Below are positions 41,759 to 53,732 of a DNA stretch of 64,000 nucleotides, one piece after another. Where the stretch lies: positions 192,001 to 256,000 of the forward strand of contig CAWJJC010000010.1 of the NCBI GenBank assembly GCA_963843145.1, given 5' to 3'. Each line of letters opens with the position of its first letter. The first letter of the stretch is position 1. The position numbers and the translations under genes are program-made. The notes under the pieces are model-generated. The model did no database searches. It was not told where the DNA came from and was given only the letters and a program-made list of their open reading frames with translations. This DNA comes from an uncultured delta proteobacterium (lineage in GTDB: Bacteria > Desulfobacterota > RBG-13-43-22).

Positions 41759-42457
41759 ATGAGCGCACCTTTGATTTCCATTTCCTATTTGTTTGATTTT
41801 GAAAATAATAATGTCAAAACTTTTGAAGCCCTGTTGAGTGCCTCGACCTTGTCTCTGGTTCTCCCTGAATCCTATGAAATTCCATCCTGGGCCCATGCCT
41901 TTCGCTGCTCGCAATATTCCCCTGAAATCGCCGATAGCCATTGTTGCAGTATTTGTATCAATATCTCCCATCTGATTGAAGAATTCAAAACGTTCGATTC
42001 CGTTACCCCCTGCACGATTACCGTTCGCACCAAGGAGCGTAATTATACCCTGAAATCCAATGTCCAACGGGGCCTTTCCTCCATATTGGGTCTCTATATG
42101 GCTACCAGTGATTGCCCCTTCCTGAGCTTCTTGCGTCCTATGGCGCGATTCCATCTACCCTTTGCTTCAACGGAAGAAACCATCTTCCGTTCGGCAGGTT
42201 CCTATTTGATCGGACAGTATTTTAAGGCAAAAAAAAACAACCGGGCTGACTTTGAATTAGGCCAGTTACCGGCGACTTACAGCAAGGTTTCCAGAATCAA
42301 TCGTGATATTATTCGACACTTGCGCAATAATTATTATACCCATGATGCTTATGCCAATGCCCTGGCCATTCTCGACAACTTTGCCCAGATGATCTCGGCG
42401 TTTCTTCCCGAAGAACTCGACGAGTTTGCTCCATTTTACGATCAAATCATAGAATGA
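41759..42457 (+). CDS. Conserved hypothetical protein (DUF6901-like)
   Basis: QRGLSSILGLYMATSDCP...RPMARFHLPFASTEET.FR; AT-richer than its neighbours. Confidence 0.65.
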   Translation: MSAPLISISYLFDFENNNVKTFEALLSASTLSLVLPESYEIPSWAHAFRCSQYSPEIADSHCCSICINISHLIEEFKTFDSVTPCTITVRTKERNYTLKSNVQRGLSSILGLYMATSDCPFLSFLRPMARFHLPFASTEETIFRSAGSYLIGQYFKAKKNNRADFELGQLPATYSKVSRINRDIIRHLRNNYYTHDAYANALAILDNFAQMISAFLPEELDEFAPFYDQIIE

Positions 42458-42609
42458 TAGCCGATAATGCCCAGAAAAAGAGAACCGAAGATCATCGTCA
42501 GGGCAATCAAGATATGGAGAACCTGCCTCCGGACGTAGGCCTTGATTGTCAATAGGGGCTGAGGATGACCCTCATACCTGGCTTGATCTTCCCTCTTTTT
42601 CGATCGAAC

Positions 42610-43416
42610 TCAATTCCCCTCGCTGGACTCTAATTCAAATCGGATCATGCCCACCGGAAGCTCCGTTTCGATTAAAATCGGGGTTTTCTTTCCATCGGTC
42701 GTATACCAGAGGTGTATCAGCCCCTCCCGATCTCCAAAGGTCGAGAAAAAGGTTTTCGAATCCAGCCGCACGGCCTCCACTTCTCCAAACATTTTCGACT
42801 GAACCATCTCCTTTGTGGAACGGAAGACGATCTGTCGCAACCTCAGGCCGTCAAAGATGGACATGGGGACATCTTGCCCAGGGAGCAGTGTTCCTTTTAA
42901 ATAGAAGCGGGCAAATAGGGCGAGTGGATCATAGGTACCGGGCGGAAGGGGTATCCCCTGACTCTCTTTGGCCTCTTTGTTTTCCACTACCACCCTTTGA
43001 TGGAGGAGGTCGAAGGTGAAGGTCTGGCGATAATGCTTCTCTTTAATTAAAATCCCCCCCTGATCAATCTCCTTCACACTCGTCACCGGTGTGTAGGTCC
43101 CGGCTTCCAGGGTTGACGTGAAGCGGTTGTTCATTCGAAATAGGGTTTCAAGGGAGGGGTTCGATTGGAAAATGGCCTGGACCCTAATCATGGGCCGTCC
43201 TCTTTCTAAGGACCATTCCTCCATAATCCTAATAGTCGCCTTGAGAATTGAAACACCGAACTTGGTCGCGGTGTAATTAAAAACCTTCCCCTTCCCGGAA
43301 TTAGGTTGGCAAATCGGCGCCGGTTCAGCGGCATAGGCTGAGATCCCTATCGATAAAATTCCAATAACGAAAAGAACTTTGACCCTTATTTTCCAACCCT
43401 CTGTTCTCTGATCCAT
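42610..43416 (-). CDS. DUF3108-like exported protein
   Basis: Signal/TM; TYDPLALF; IFDG; G.I.LWYT.D....P..IET.LPVG.I...L. Confidence 0.7.
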   Translation of the reverse strand: MDQRTEGWKIRVKVLFVIGILSIGISAYAAEPAPICQPNSGKGKVFNYTATKFGVSILKATIRIMEEWSLERGRPMIRVQAIFQSNPSLETLFRMNNRFTSTLEAGTYTPVTSVKEIDQGGILIKEKHYRQTFTFDLLHQRVVVENKEAKESQGIPLPPGTYDPLALFARFYLKGTLLPGQDVPMSIFDGLRLRQIVFRSTKEMVQSKMFGEVEAVRLDSKTFFSTFGDREGLIHLWYTTDGKKTPILIETELPVGMIRFELESSEGN

Positions 43417-43564
43417 TTTTGAAGTCAGCGCTAGACCATGGCTATTCATTAGCGAGCGGAAGTTGCGACTCGGACTCCGCCGGGGTTGGCGAAAGTCCGA
43501 GCCGCGAGGTAGGAGTGACGGGCTGTTCAATACATCTTTAAGCAACCGGCTCGGTAGCCGGGCG

Positions 43565-43774
43565 CTAGGCGGGTCTTTTCCCCTCCGATGGTTTTTCTTC
43601 CTTTTGATTATCCCCGGAATCCTTTCCTTCCAGTCCCGTATCCTCCAGGCCCTTCTTAAAGCCCGTAATGGCCTGGCCTAAACTTTTCCCCAGACTGGGT
43701 AAATTTTTTGCTCCGAAGACGAAAAAGGCTATAATCAGAATAATAATTAACTCTTGATTCCCGATGCCGAACAT
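43565..43774 (-). CDS. tatA: Twin-arginine translocase TatA/E subunit
   Basis: MFGIGNQELIIILIIAFFVFGAKNLPSLGKSLGQAITGFKKG. Confidence 0.92.
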   Translation of the reverse strand: MFGIGNQELIIILIIAFFVFGAKNLPSLGKSLGQAITGFKKGLEDTGLEGKDSGDNQKEEKPSEGKRPA

Positions 43775-43837
43775 GGGTGACCTCCTTTTGGAAGATAACG
43801 ATTATTTTGGTAATGTGGATGAGGGAAGGGTGGTCTT

Positions 43838-44137
43838 TTAACAGCGAAGGACGGGCAGTCTTTGGAGTGGGTTAAGGTGGAAAGGAAGTTCAAGAAGACG
43901 ACAACCGGCAATTAATAGAGAAACAGAAAAAGGCAGAAAAATAAAGCCCTCCCCTGCCAAACTACTCAGCCCCCCCGCACCGGGGAAATCTTGGGCCGGA
44001 TCCTCCAAGGCCAGGTTACCCTTAAGAATATCCGAGTCCAACAGGCCGAAGTATATGCCTAAAATAGGAGCAAGGGTTATCCAGAACAATAATAGGATAA
44101 TCCCCACTTTCCCTTGAATTTTCGGCTCGATTTTCAT
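43838..44137 (-). CDS. Hypothetical small membrane protein
   Basis: Hydrophobic ORF ending LPVLRC, upstream of tatA. Confidence 0.45.
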   Translation of the reverse strand: MKIEPKIQGKVGIILLLFWITLAPILGIYFGLLDSDILKGNLALEDPAQDFPGAGGLSSLAGEGFIFLPFSVSLLIAGCRLLELPFHLNPLQRLPVLRC

Positions 44138-44492
44138 GATCTACATCTCTATATAGCCTAATATAGCATTTTTTTTAATCAAGTCAAGAAAGCAGACCTG
44201 GCACCAGATTACAAGTAAATGACGCAATTTCAAATAGAATTTTTAACGTTATCGAGAAACGGAACGACTAATAGATTATTCGGGACTCCGCGGGGAAGGT
44301 CCCTCCGGGGCAAAAACCAGTTTGCGGGCGATAACGATCCGGAAAGAAGAGAAAAAGCGTTATCTGAAGCCCTCGTTGACAATGAGCAGCTAATACCTTA
44401 TCTTGTTAATGGATCTAAATTAATTAGAATTTCCGCTAATTTCCAAAAATCGAGTCTGGGGCTCGGACACCAACCAGAGAAATAGGTAAATA

Positions 44493-45884
44493 ATGTCTTC
44501 AAAAGCGATGCCCAAAACGAGCGCGGGAGGAAATATACTTCCGGCGAAAGCGATACCGGAAGAATCAACTGAACCCGGCAGGACTGTTGACTTGTTGGAT
44601 TGGCTATTCGGGATTTTCATCCTGGCCGGCCTGGGGATCCTGGTCTATACCAGCCTCACCGGAGGCCTGCTTTCTCCGATCATCCGGGCTGCCAAAGCCG
44701 ATCCCCGGGCCACCCTGATGGTCAGGCCCAGCTTGCTCTTGGCTGCCATGGGCAGTCTCTTCGTGGTATTTCGAACCATGCTTTGGTTCCAATACCGGCC
44801 TTTCCCCTCGGCGAATTTTCAAAACGCCCCGTCGCTCACCGTCATCATCCCGGCCTATAATGAGGGGCCAATGGTTGAAAAGTCCATTCACTCGGTCTTG
44901 GAAGCCGATTACCCCCGGGATCGCCTGGAAGTATTTGTGGTGGACGACGGGAGCAAGGATGATACCTGGATGCATATCAAGCGGGCCGTAAACAAACACC
45001 CGGGCCAGATCACGGCCATCCGCTTTCCGGTCAACCGGGGTAAAAGGGAAGCCCTGGCGGAAGCCTTTCAAAAGGCTCGGGGAGAAGTGGCTATTACCAT
45101 TGATTCCGACAGCGTCATTACCAAAGGAACGCTGCTCTCCATGGCCGGTCCTTTTCATGATCCGAAGGTGGGCGCTGTGGCCGGAAAGGTCAAGGCCTAC
45201 AATCGGCAGCAGGGCCTCATTCCTCGTATGTTGCATATCCGCTTCATCTTGTCCTTTGATTTCCTGCGGGCGGTGCAATCAACCTACCGGACGGTATACT
45301 GCTGTCCGGGGGCCCTGGCGGGCTACCGGGTTGAGGTGGTCAGGAGGGTCCTGGAATCCTGGCGGAGGCAAACCTTTTTAGGGGTTCCCTGTACCTATGG
45401 TGAAGACCGGGCCTTGACCAATTTTATCCTGGCTCAAAATTTCGATACCGTCTACCAGGGATCGGCCGAGGTATACACGATTGTTCCCTGGACGTATAAG
45501 CGACTTTACCGGATGTACCTCCGTTGGGATCGAAGCTATATCCGCGAGAACATCCATTTTTTTCGCATCGTCTGGAAGCGGCCCTTCTGGTCCTGTTTGG
45601 TTTCGCTGTTCGATATGATCATCACCAACCTCCGCTATCCGGTGGGCTGGGCCGCTTTGGGGATGTTGGTTTACCTTTCCTTTCAGGACCCGACCACCAT
45701 TCTCCGCGTCTTCCTGGCCATCGGTATTTTTTCGTTTTTAAATACCTTATATTATGTTTACTGCGAGAGGCGGGGAGACTTCTTTTACGGGGTTATTTAT
45801 GCCTATTTCTCCTTCCTGACCCTGTTCTGGGTCTTCCCCTATGCTCTGCTGACCGTTCGTTCGAAGTCCTGGATGACCCGCTGA
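44493..45884 (+). CDS. Processive GT2 glycosyltransferase, hyaluronan synthase/NodC-like
   Basis: IIPAYNE; VDDGSKD; GKREAL; IDSDS; CCPGALAGYR; TFLG..CTYGEDRALTN; LRWDRS; flanking TMs. Confidence 0.85.
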   Translation: MSSKAMPKTSAGGNILPAKAIPEESTEPGRTVDLLDWLFGIFILAGLGILVYTSLTGGLLSPIIRAAKADPRATLMVRPSLLLAAMGSLFVVFRTMLWFQYRPFPSANFQNAPSLTVIIPAYNEGPMVEKSIHSVLEADYPRDRLEVFVVDDGSKDDTWMHIKRAVNKHPGQITAIRFPVNRGKREALAEAFQKARGEVAITIDSDSVITKGTLLSMAGPFHDPKVGAVAGKVKAYNRQQGLIPRMLHIRFILSFDFLRAVQSTYRTVYCCPGALAGYRVEVVRRVLESWRRQTFLGVPCTYGEDRALTNFILAQNFDTVYQGSAEVYTIVPWTYKRLYRMYLRWDRSYIRENIHFFRIVWKRPFWSCLVSLFDMIITNLRYPVGWAALGMLVYLSFQDPTTILRVFLAIGIFSFLNTLYYVYCERRGDFFYGVIYAYFSFLTLFWVFPYALLTVRSKSWMTR

Positions 45885-45915
45885 ATCTGCCGCCGGGAAA
45901 ACGATCCGAAAATGG

Positions 45916-45949
45916 GGCGCGGAGCGTTTTCTCCGCGCCGCTTTTATTT
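45916..45949 (+). terminator. Intrinsic terminator
   Basis: GGCGCGGAG-N6-CTCCGCGCC followed by a T-rich tract. Confidence 0.65.
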
Positions 45950-46135
45950 GTGGCCCTGATTCGGTAGATAATCTGAAGGCAACCGTCCAGGTCAAAGCAA
46001 CCCCCTTCCCGCCCAGGTAGCCAGCCCCTCCGCCACAATTCCTTCTTTAGAATAAAGTTTTCTATTCAAATGCCGATCTTTTATCCAGGCGAAGCCCACC
46101 GACCCGCAGTTCAGGGGTACCGTCATGGAGGTCTT

Positions 46136-47608
46136 ATGGAAGTATTAAAGAAAAATATTCGGAAAAAAGCCATGGTGGCGATCCTGATCACCTGCGCGGT
46201 GACCGCTCTGGCCTCGGGAATTGCCCTCAACGCGGTTTGGCAAATAAATCAGGTCGTTACCCACGTCGTACCCCAGGCCGAAGCCATGCTTATCGGCGTC
46301 AAAGACCTTTATGGTCAGGGGCTCCAACAGGGTCAGGCCATCCGTAACATCATCCTGGACCCCGGCAACGCTACCGCCTATAAAAACCTGGAAAAGGCGG
46401 CGGAAGACTTCAATGCCGCCGGTCTGCGTTTAGCCGAGGTTACCAAGTCGGCGGGGGAGAACGGCTTCACCGCCAAAGTCCTGGAAATAGCCGATCTGGA
46501 GCGGGAAGATCTCAAGGTCCTTCGGGAAATTAGCGGGGTGGTCAAGGCCGGCCAGAAGGATCAGGCCGTAGAGATACTGAATAGCCGGGAAACACCGCTG
46601 TGGCGGAAAAATAAAAAGATCATTCTCGACCTCAACAGTCAAATGGCGGAATACCGGAAACGGGTCTATGCCCAAACGGAGACCAAAGCCTATCGGCAGA
46701 TGGTGGCTGTAGCCCTGGGTACGGCCCTGCCCATTCTTTTCGCCCTGGGACTGGGGCTGGCACTGCAGGCGGCCCTGCGGCGGATCGACCACATCGGGAA
46801 GAACATCCGGGAAGAAATTCAATCGGTATCCGCGGTCTCCGGACAAGTTTCCACCGCCAGCCAGTCCCTGGCGGAGGATGCCTCCCGCCAGGCCGCCGGC
46901 ATAGAGGAGACTTCCGCGGCTATCGAGGAGATGGCGGCGACGACCAGGCAGAACGCCGAAAACGCCGATCAAGCCAATAACTTCATGATCGAAGCCGGAC
47001 ACGTGTTGAAAGAGGCCAACCGCTCCATGAAGGGACTTATCCTGTCGATGGACCAGATTTCCTCCGCCAGTGAGGATACGGGAAAAATAGTAAAAACAAT
47101 CGATGGCATCGCCTTCCAGACCAACCTGCTGGCCCTCAACGCCGCCGTGGAGGCGGCCCGGGCTGGAGAGGCCGGGGCCGGCTTTGCGGTGGTCGCCAAC
47201 GAGGTAAGGAATCTGGCCAGGCGCGCAGCCGAGGCGGCCCAAAACACCTCCAGCCTGATTGAGGAAACCGTCCGCAAGGTCAGGGAGGGATCGGAACTGG
47301 TGACCCAGACCAACGAGGTTTTCAGAAAAGTGGGAGAGCGAGCGAAGCAGGGCGGAATGCTGGTGGCCGGAATCGCTGCGGCCTCGAATGAACAGTCCCG
47401 GGCCATCGACCAGATCCAGCGGGCGGTGGCCGAGATGGACCGCTTAACGCAGAAAAATGCGGCCAGCGCGGAAGAGTCATCTTCCGCCTCGGAGGATTTG
47501 TACGACCGGTCCGAGATGATGAGCAATCAAGTAAAAGAACTGGCGGACGTTATCGGTGGCAACGGCCGCCCCCTTATGATCGACCCGGAGGCGACGGTTT
47601 CTTGCTGA
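46136..47608 (+). CDS. Methyl-accepting chemotaxis protein
   Basis: TM-periplasmic helical sensor-TM; [37 protein letters not shown]. Confidence 0.92.
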   Translation: MEVLKKNIRKKAMVAILITCAVTALASGIALNAVWQINQVVTHVVPQAEAMLIGVKDLYGQGLQQGQAIRNIILDPGNATAYKNLEKAAEDFNAAGLRLAEVTKSAGENGFTAKVLEIADLEREDLKVLREISGVVKAGQKDQAVEILNSRETPLWRKNKKIILDLNSQMAEYRKRVYAQTETKAYRQMVAVALGTALPILFALGLGLALQAALRRIDHIGKNIREEIQSVSAVSGQVSTASQSLAEDASRQAAGIEETSAAIEEMAATTRQNAENADQANNFMIEAGHVLKEANRSMKGLILSMDQISSASEDTGKIVKTIDGIAFQTNLLALNAAVEAARAGEAGAGFAVVANEVRNLARRAAEAAQNTSSLIEETVRKVREGSELVTQTNEVFRKVGERAKQGGMLVAGIAAASNEQSRAIDQIQRAVAEMDRLTQKNAASAEESSSASEDLYDRSEMMSNQVKELADVIGGNGRPLMIDPEATVSC

Positions 47609-49848
47609 AAGCGGCGATAAAGGGATTGTTCACAAAAGTACTTTGAGCTTTCGGGTCCCGGCCCGGTCGCCCTTCACCCTTCTTCTCTTTTCCTTTGGTC
47701 TTCAAACCCGAGGAGGAAGATCCGCTCTTCAGGGAAAGGGAAATCCGCTTCCGGCTCAGGTCCACTTCCAGCACCCGGACCGTCACCTTTTGTTGTAAGG
47801 TGACCACCTCGGCCGGGTTTTTCACAAAACGGTCAGCCAGTTCGCTCACATGGACCAGGCCGTCTTGATGGACGCCAATGTCCACGAAGGCCCCGAAGGC
47901 AGTAATGTTGGTCACTACGCCGGGAAGCTTCATTCCCGGGCCGGACATCCTCGATCTTCTCCACCCCCTCGGCAAAATGGAAGGCCTCGAACTGCTCCCG
48001 GGGATCGCGACCGGGTTTGGAGAGTTCGACCAGAATATCCTCAAGGGTGGGCAGGCCCGCCTTCTCCGAGACGTAGCGGCTAAGATCGATTCGTCCACGG
48101 AGGAGCTCATCGCGGAGCAGATCGCTCATCGAACAGCCCAGGTCCCGGGCCATGGCATCGACCAGGGGATAGCTCTCCGGATGGACGGCGCTTCCGTCCA
48201 GGGGGTTCTCGCCGTCGCGGATGCGCAGAAAGCCGGCGGCCTGCTCAAAGGCCTTGGGGCCCAGCCGGGGCACCTGTTTCAACGCCTCCCGGGACCGGAA
48301 GGGGCCGTTCGTATTCCGGTACTCCACGATCCCTTTAGCCAGTTGAGGTCCCAATCCGGAGACGTAGGTCAGCAGTTGTTTGCTGGCCGTGTTGACCTCC
48401 ACGCCTACCCGGTTGACGCAGCTCACCACCACGTCATCCAGGCTGCGCTTCAAGGCGGTCGGATCCACGTCATGCTGGTACTGGCCGACCCCGATCGACT
48501 TGGGGTCGATTTTGACCAGTTCGGCCAGAGGATCCATCAGCCTCCGCCCGATGGAAACGCTCCCCCGGACGGTAACATCCTGATCGGGAAATTCCTCCCG
48601 GGCGACTTCAGAGGCCGAGTAGATGGAGGCGCCGCTCTCATTGACCATGATCACCTGGATGCCCGGGGGCAAATCAAGACCGCGGATGAACGTTTCGGTC
48701 TCCCGGCCGGCCGTGCCGTTGCCGATGGCGATGGCCTCAATGCCGAAACGGTCGCACCATTCCCGAATGTGGGTGCCGGCCTGGACGGTGCTTTTCTCGG
48801 ACAACAGAAAAATAGTTTCATGATGGACCAGTTTCCCCTGGGGGTCGAGGCAGATCACCTTGCATCCGGTCCGGAATCCGGGATCGATGGCCAGGACCAT
48901 TTTCCGGCCCAAAGGCGGGGTCAGGAGGAGCTGGCGGAGGTTCTCGGCAAAAACCCGGATGGCTTCCTGGTCGGCCTTTTTTTTCGTCTCCAGGCGGATT
49001 TCGGTCTCCATGGAGGAAGAAAGGAGCCGCTTATATCCATCCTGCGCAGCCAGTTGAACCTGCCGGGAGGCCGGCCCTTCCCCTTTGATGAAAAGATGTT
49101 CCAGGATCTCCAAAGCCCCCTCTTCCGGAGGGATGACCCGCAGGGTAAGAAAACCCTCCTTTTCCCCCCGACGCAGGGCCAGGATCCGGTGGGAGGGCGC
49201 GCTGGTCACGGGTTCCTCCCAGTCAAAATAATCCCGGTATTTGATCCCCGCCTCTTCCTGGCCCGTGATGATTTTCGATCGGAAAACCGCCTGCGAGGCG
49301 AAATAATCCCGCATCCGGGCCCGGGCGGTCTCATCCTCGCTGATCCATTCGGCGATAATGTCGCGGGCCCCGGCCAGGGCTTCTTCCGCTGATGCCACCC
49401 CTTTTTCCGAATCGATGTAGGCCGAAGCCTCGGTTTCGGGGTCCAGCTCGCCCTGATCGAAAAGTCCCCGGGCCAGCGGTTCCAGCCCTTTTTCCCTGGC
49501 GATGGTGGCCCGGGTCCGGCGTTTGGGCCGGAAGGGCAGATAAATATCTTCCAGGACGGTCAGGGTCTCGGCGGCCTGGATTTTCTCCTTCAAGGCCTCC
49601 GTGAGCTGTCCTCTTTCCTCCATGGCTTTGAGAATGGACTCCCGGCGCTGATCTAACTCCAGGAGTTGCCCCATCCGGTCCCGAACCGCGGTGACCGCCA
49701 CCTCGTCCAGGGACCCGGTGGCCTCCTTCCGGTAGCGGGAGATAAAGGGCACCGTGGCCCCTCCGTCCAGAAGGTCGGCCGTGGCCTCTACCTGTCCGGG
49801 TGCCAGGCCCAGTTCTTGGGCAATTTTTGAACCATGGGTTTTATTCAT
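47574..49848 (-). CDS. tex: Tex RNA-binding transcription accessory protein (frameshift ~47938 before the S1 domain)
   Basis: [20 protein letters not shown]; [10 protein letters not shown]; [22 protein letters not shown]; S1 domain [20 protein letters not shown] in the next frame. Confidence 0.92.
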
Positions 49849-49961
49849 CAGGGTTTTCTTTTGGGCTGCTTATCCGCCTTGTTTTTTGTTTTTTGTCTCT
49901 GTTTTTCGGTGTTCTGTTTCTGCCCCTTTTCCTTGTTTTTCTTGCCGCCCTTGTCTCCCAT
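49848..49961 (-). CDS. 37-aa Lys/Gln-rich small protein translationally coupled to tex (absent from ORF track)
   Basis: RBS GGAAAGGAG; MGDKGGKKNKEKGQKQNTEKQRQKTKNKADKQPKRKP; TGA overlaps the tex ATG (TGATG). Confidence 0.7.
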   Translation of the reverse strand: MGDKGGKKNKEKGQKQNTEKQRQKTKNKADKQPKRKP

Positions 49962-50086
49962 TAGGTCTCTCCTTTCCCGGTTGTTTAGAAGATCTTTTCA
50001 CAGTGTGGCCTACTTTTCAAAATCCGTCAATGCCCACTTTCAGGAAGTCTTCAAATCCTCAGGTTCGTCAGCCGTTTCCGAGTTAT

Positions 50087-50923
50087 TCAGGAATTAACCA
50101 CAGCGTAGGCATTGCTCAGCACGACCGCCCGGTCGGTGCGGGCCTGGATGAGATAACGACCTCCGGATTCCCGCCAGCCCTCGGTGGTGAGGGTCTCGCC
50201 CGGATAGACCGCGCCGGAGAAGCGGGCCTTGAATTCTTTAAAGCGCGTCACCTGCCCACCGCAGAGGCCGTGGAGGATGGCCCGGGTGGCGTAGCCGTAG
50301 GTGCAGAGTCCATGGAGAATGGGCCGGTCGAAGCCGCCGCGCCGGGCGAACTCCGGGTCCAGGTGTAGGGGGTTCAGGTCCCCGCTGAGGCGGTAGAGGG
50401 CGGCCTGGTTCTCGGGAATGGGGTAAGTGACGCTGAAATCGGGCGCGACGCCCTCGGGAGGGTTCAAAGAAACGGCTTTAGGCCCCGGGTCGCCTCCAAA
50501 GCCCCCGGCGCCCACATGAAAGGCGATATGCTCCACATCAAAGAGAGGGTCCCCTTTTTCGGTCCGGCCCGCGGTCAGAAAACGAATGACCGCGGCTTTG
50601 CCTTTGTCATAGACGTCGGCTATTCGGCTGGCGGCCATGATTCTCCCCTCGGGGGGGATCGGCCGATACAGGCGAATTCCCTGCTCGCCGTGCAGAAACC
50701 GAAAGCCCTCCACCTGCCGGCTCAACTCGATGAGGAGTTTTCCGGAGGCCTTGGTCGCGAAGCTGGGAAAGACCTGCAGGCCTCCCGGGGTATTTTCGTA
50801 AAGGAAAGGAAGCTCGTCCACCTGGGCGCCGATGCCCAAGGCGTAGAGGACCACATCTTTCCAGGTATAGGTGAACACAAATTCCTGCGGCTCCCGGGAC
50901 ACTGTTTTCCAATCGATGGTCAT
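50087..50923 (-). CDS. MaoC-family enoyl-CoA hydratase 2 (MFE-2-like)
   Basis: LYALGIGA; LHGEQ; YRLSGDLNPLHLDP.FA..GGFDRPILHGLCTYG. Confidence 0.9.
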   Translation of the reverse strand: MTIDWKTVSREPQEFVFTYTWKDVVLYALGIGAQVDELPFLYENTPGGLQVFPSFATKASGKLLIELSRQVEGFRFLHGEQGIRLYRPIPPEGRIMAASRIADVYDKGKAAVIRFLTAGRTEKGDPLFDVEHIAFHVGAGGFGGDPGPKAVSLNPPEGVAPDFSVTYPIPENQAALYRLSGDLNPLHLDPEFARRGGFDRPILHGLCTYGYATRAILHGLCGGQVTRFKEFKARFSGAVYPGETLTTEGWRESGGRYLIQARTDRAVVLSNAYAVVNS

Positions 50924-51156
50924 TGGTTTCTCCTTATTAAGTCCTCATGCCCGGGGCGGGAACCCCGAAGCATGAATATAATGCAATAAAGGCAGTAAAT
51001 CAGCTCGTCCTTCCGGCCCCATCTTAAAAGCGGGTAAACTCCATCCGGAATCTTGGGCAGCGAAGATCTTGGGTCACCCGGATGCCGGATCAGGTCCGGC
51101 ATGACGGCAACGGCAACTACCTGAAAACGGTGATCGGTTTTATTCTCGTATTGGAT

Positions 51157-51927
51157 TTACTCCCCGGTGAATACCGGTTTCCGCTTTTCCAGGAAGGCCT
51201 GGAATCCTTCCGTCCGATCTTTGGTTTCCCGCACGGCGGCGGAACCCTCGGCCTCGGCCCGCAGCCCGGCATCGATCCCCTCATACGTCCCCTCGGTTAA
51301 GGCCTTCAGGACCCAGCTCACGGCAATGGGCGGCCGTTCCGCCAGTTTCCGGGCCAGTTCCAGGGTGTCTTCCATCAGTTTTCCGGGCTCAGCCAGCCGG
51401 TTGACCAGCCCGATCTCCAGGGCCTCCCGGGGGCCGATCCGTTGGCTGAAGAGAATCATCTCCAAGGCCCTGGCCCGACCCACCAGACGGGGCAGGCGCT
51501 GGGTCCCGCCCCAGCCGGGGATAATCCCCAGGTTGAGCTCGGTCAGGCCGACGGAGGCCTTGGGGTCATCCACCATGATCCGGAAATGACAGGTCAGGGC
51601 CAGCTCCAACCCGCCGCCCAGCGCGTGGCCGTTCAAGGCGGCAATCGTCGGCTTGGGAAAACGATCCAGCCGCCTCCAGAGTTCCCGACCCAGGGGGCTG
51701 GTCTTCGGGGCGTTGGCCGCATCCGAGACATCGAACCCCGAAGAAAAAATCTTTTCGCCGGCCCCGGTCAGGATCACCACCCGTGTCTGCCGGTCGTTTT
51801 CCAGGTAGTCCAATCGTTCCTTCAACTCCTCCATGGCCGCCAGGTTCCAGGCATTGGCCGGAGGGTGGTCGATGGTCAGGATACTGATGTGTTCTTTCTG
51901 CTCCAGAAGGATATGCTGAAAGGACAT
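51157..51927 (-). CDS. Enoyl-CoA hydratase/isomerase (crotonase) family
   Basis: FSSGFD; [13 protein letters not shown]; [21 protein letters not shown]; AFLEKRKP.F. Confidence 0.92.
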   Translation of the reverse strand: MSFQHILLEQKEHISILTIDHPPANAWNLAAMEELKERLDYLENDRQTRVVILTGAGEKIFSSGFDVSDAANAPKTSPLGRELWRRLDRFPKPTIAALNGHALGGGLELALTCHFRIMVDDPKASVGLTELNLGIIPGWGGTQRLPRLVGRARALEMILFSQRIGPREALEIGLVNRLAEPGKLMEDTLELARKLAERPPIAVSWVLKALTEGTYEGIDAGLRAEAEGSAAVRETKDRTEGFQAFLEKRKPVFTGE

Positions 51928-51971
51928 GGATCACTCCTTTTCGGTGAATGAATCAAAGGGATATTCTTAAA

Positions 51972-52786
<815 letters not shown>

Positions 52787-52865
52787 CTAAAAATTAGACC
52801 TTGTTTATAGCAAGCCGGGCAATTTTTTGAAACAAGAAATATCAGCTATTTTTTCTTGCAATAAA

Positions 52866-52890
52866 TAAACTGGTTTAATAAACTGGTTTA
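52866..52890 (+). promoter_or_regulatory. Tandem near-palindromic operator boxes of the phd-vapC operon
   Basis: TAAACTGGTTTA repeated twice, just downstream of TTGCAA. Confidence 0.6.
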
Positions 52891-52921
52891 ATAGATGAAT
52901 ACTTTCAGAAGAGGGGAACTC

Positions 52922-53164
52922 ATGGAAAGAGTCAACGCCTTCGAAGCAAAAACACACCTTTCCGGATTGTTGCGGGAAACCGAAAAGGGAAAGAGTTTCA
53001 TCATTTGCCGGCGAGGGAAGGAAGTAGCCCGACTTATCCCCCCAGAGTCATCGGGAGGGGGCAAAGGATTTCAATCCATTGCCGAAGAATTTCAAAAAAT
53101 CCGTAAAAAGGTGGTGGGAACGGTCAATATTCGGGAGCTGATTGAAGAAGGGCGACGGTATTAA
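52922..53164 (+). CDS. Phd/YefM antitoxin
   Basis: VNAFEAKTHLSGLL...G....I.RRG..VARL.P...ELIEEGRR. Confidence 0.9.
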   Translation: MERVNAFEAKTHLSGLLRETEKGKSFIICRRGKEVARLIPPESSGGGKGFQSIAEEFQKIRKKVVGTVNIRELIEEGRRY

Positions 53165-53580
53165 TGGAGTGGGTATTGGATTCCTCCTTCGCCCTTTCCT
53201 GGGTCCTCCCGGAGGAGTACTCCGATCAGTCCGATGCTTTTCTCCAACAAAGGTCATCTGAAGACACCTTTTGGGTACCGGCCCTCTGGTGGTACGAAAT
53301 TTCGAACGCCTTGTTGACGGCTCAAAAACGGAACCGGGTCACCGAAGCCGATCGGATTCAAATGGTGGCCTTATACGGCTCCCTCCCCATTCAAACCGAT
53401 ACCCCCTTCCATTTCGAAGCCATCAGCCGGTTCCAGGAACTGGCCCTGGCCTATTCACTGACCGCCTATGACGCCGCTTATCTGGAACTGGCCCTTCGCA
53501 AAGGGCTGGCCATCGCCACCTTTGATCAACGGCTTAAACAAGCGGCCCAAAAAGCCGGACTGAGCACCATCCCAAACTGA
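53164..53580 (+). CDS. vapC: VapC PIN-domain toxin
   Basis: WVLDSS; VPALWWYEISN; LTAYDAAYLELA; ATFD. Confidence 0.9.
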   Translation: MEWVLDSSFALSWVLPEEYSDQSDAFLQQRSSEDTFWVPALWWYEISNALLTAQKRNRVTEADRIQMVALYGSLPIQTDTPFHFEAISRFQELALAYSLTAYDAAYLELALRKGLAIATFDQRLKQAAQKAGLSTIPN

Positions 53581-53732
53581 GATTAGATTTTTACAGCCAA
53601 AAAAGATTTCAAATTTTTTTGGCTAGATTTGATCTAATTTTGAAGAAACCGGGAAACGGATCTTGTATGTCTATTTTTTACCCGACTAAAAAATGGCCTT
53701 GACTGTTTTGGAATAAGGTCTAAAATAGCCAT

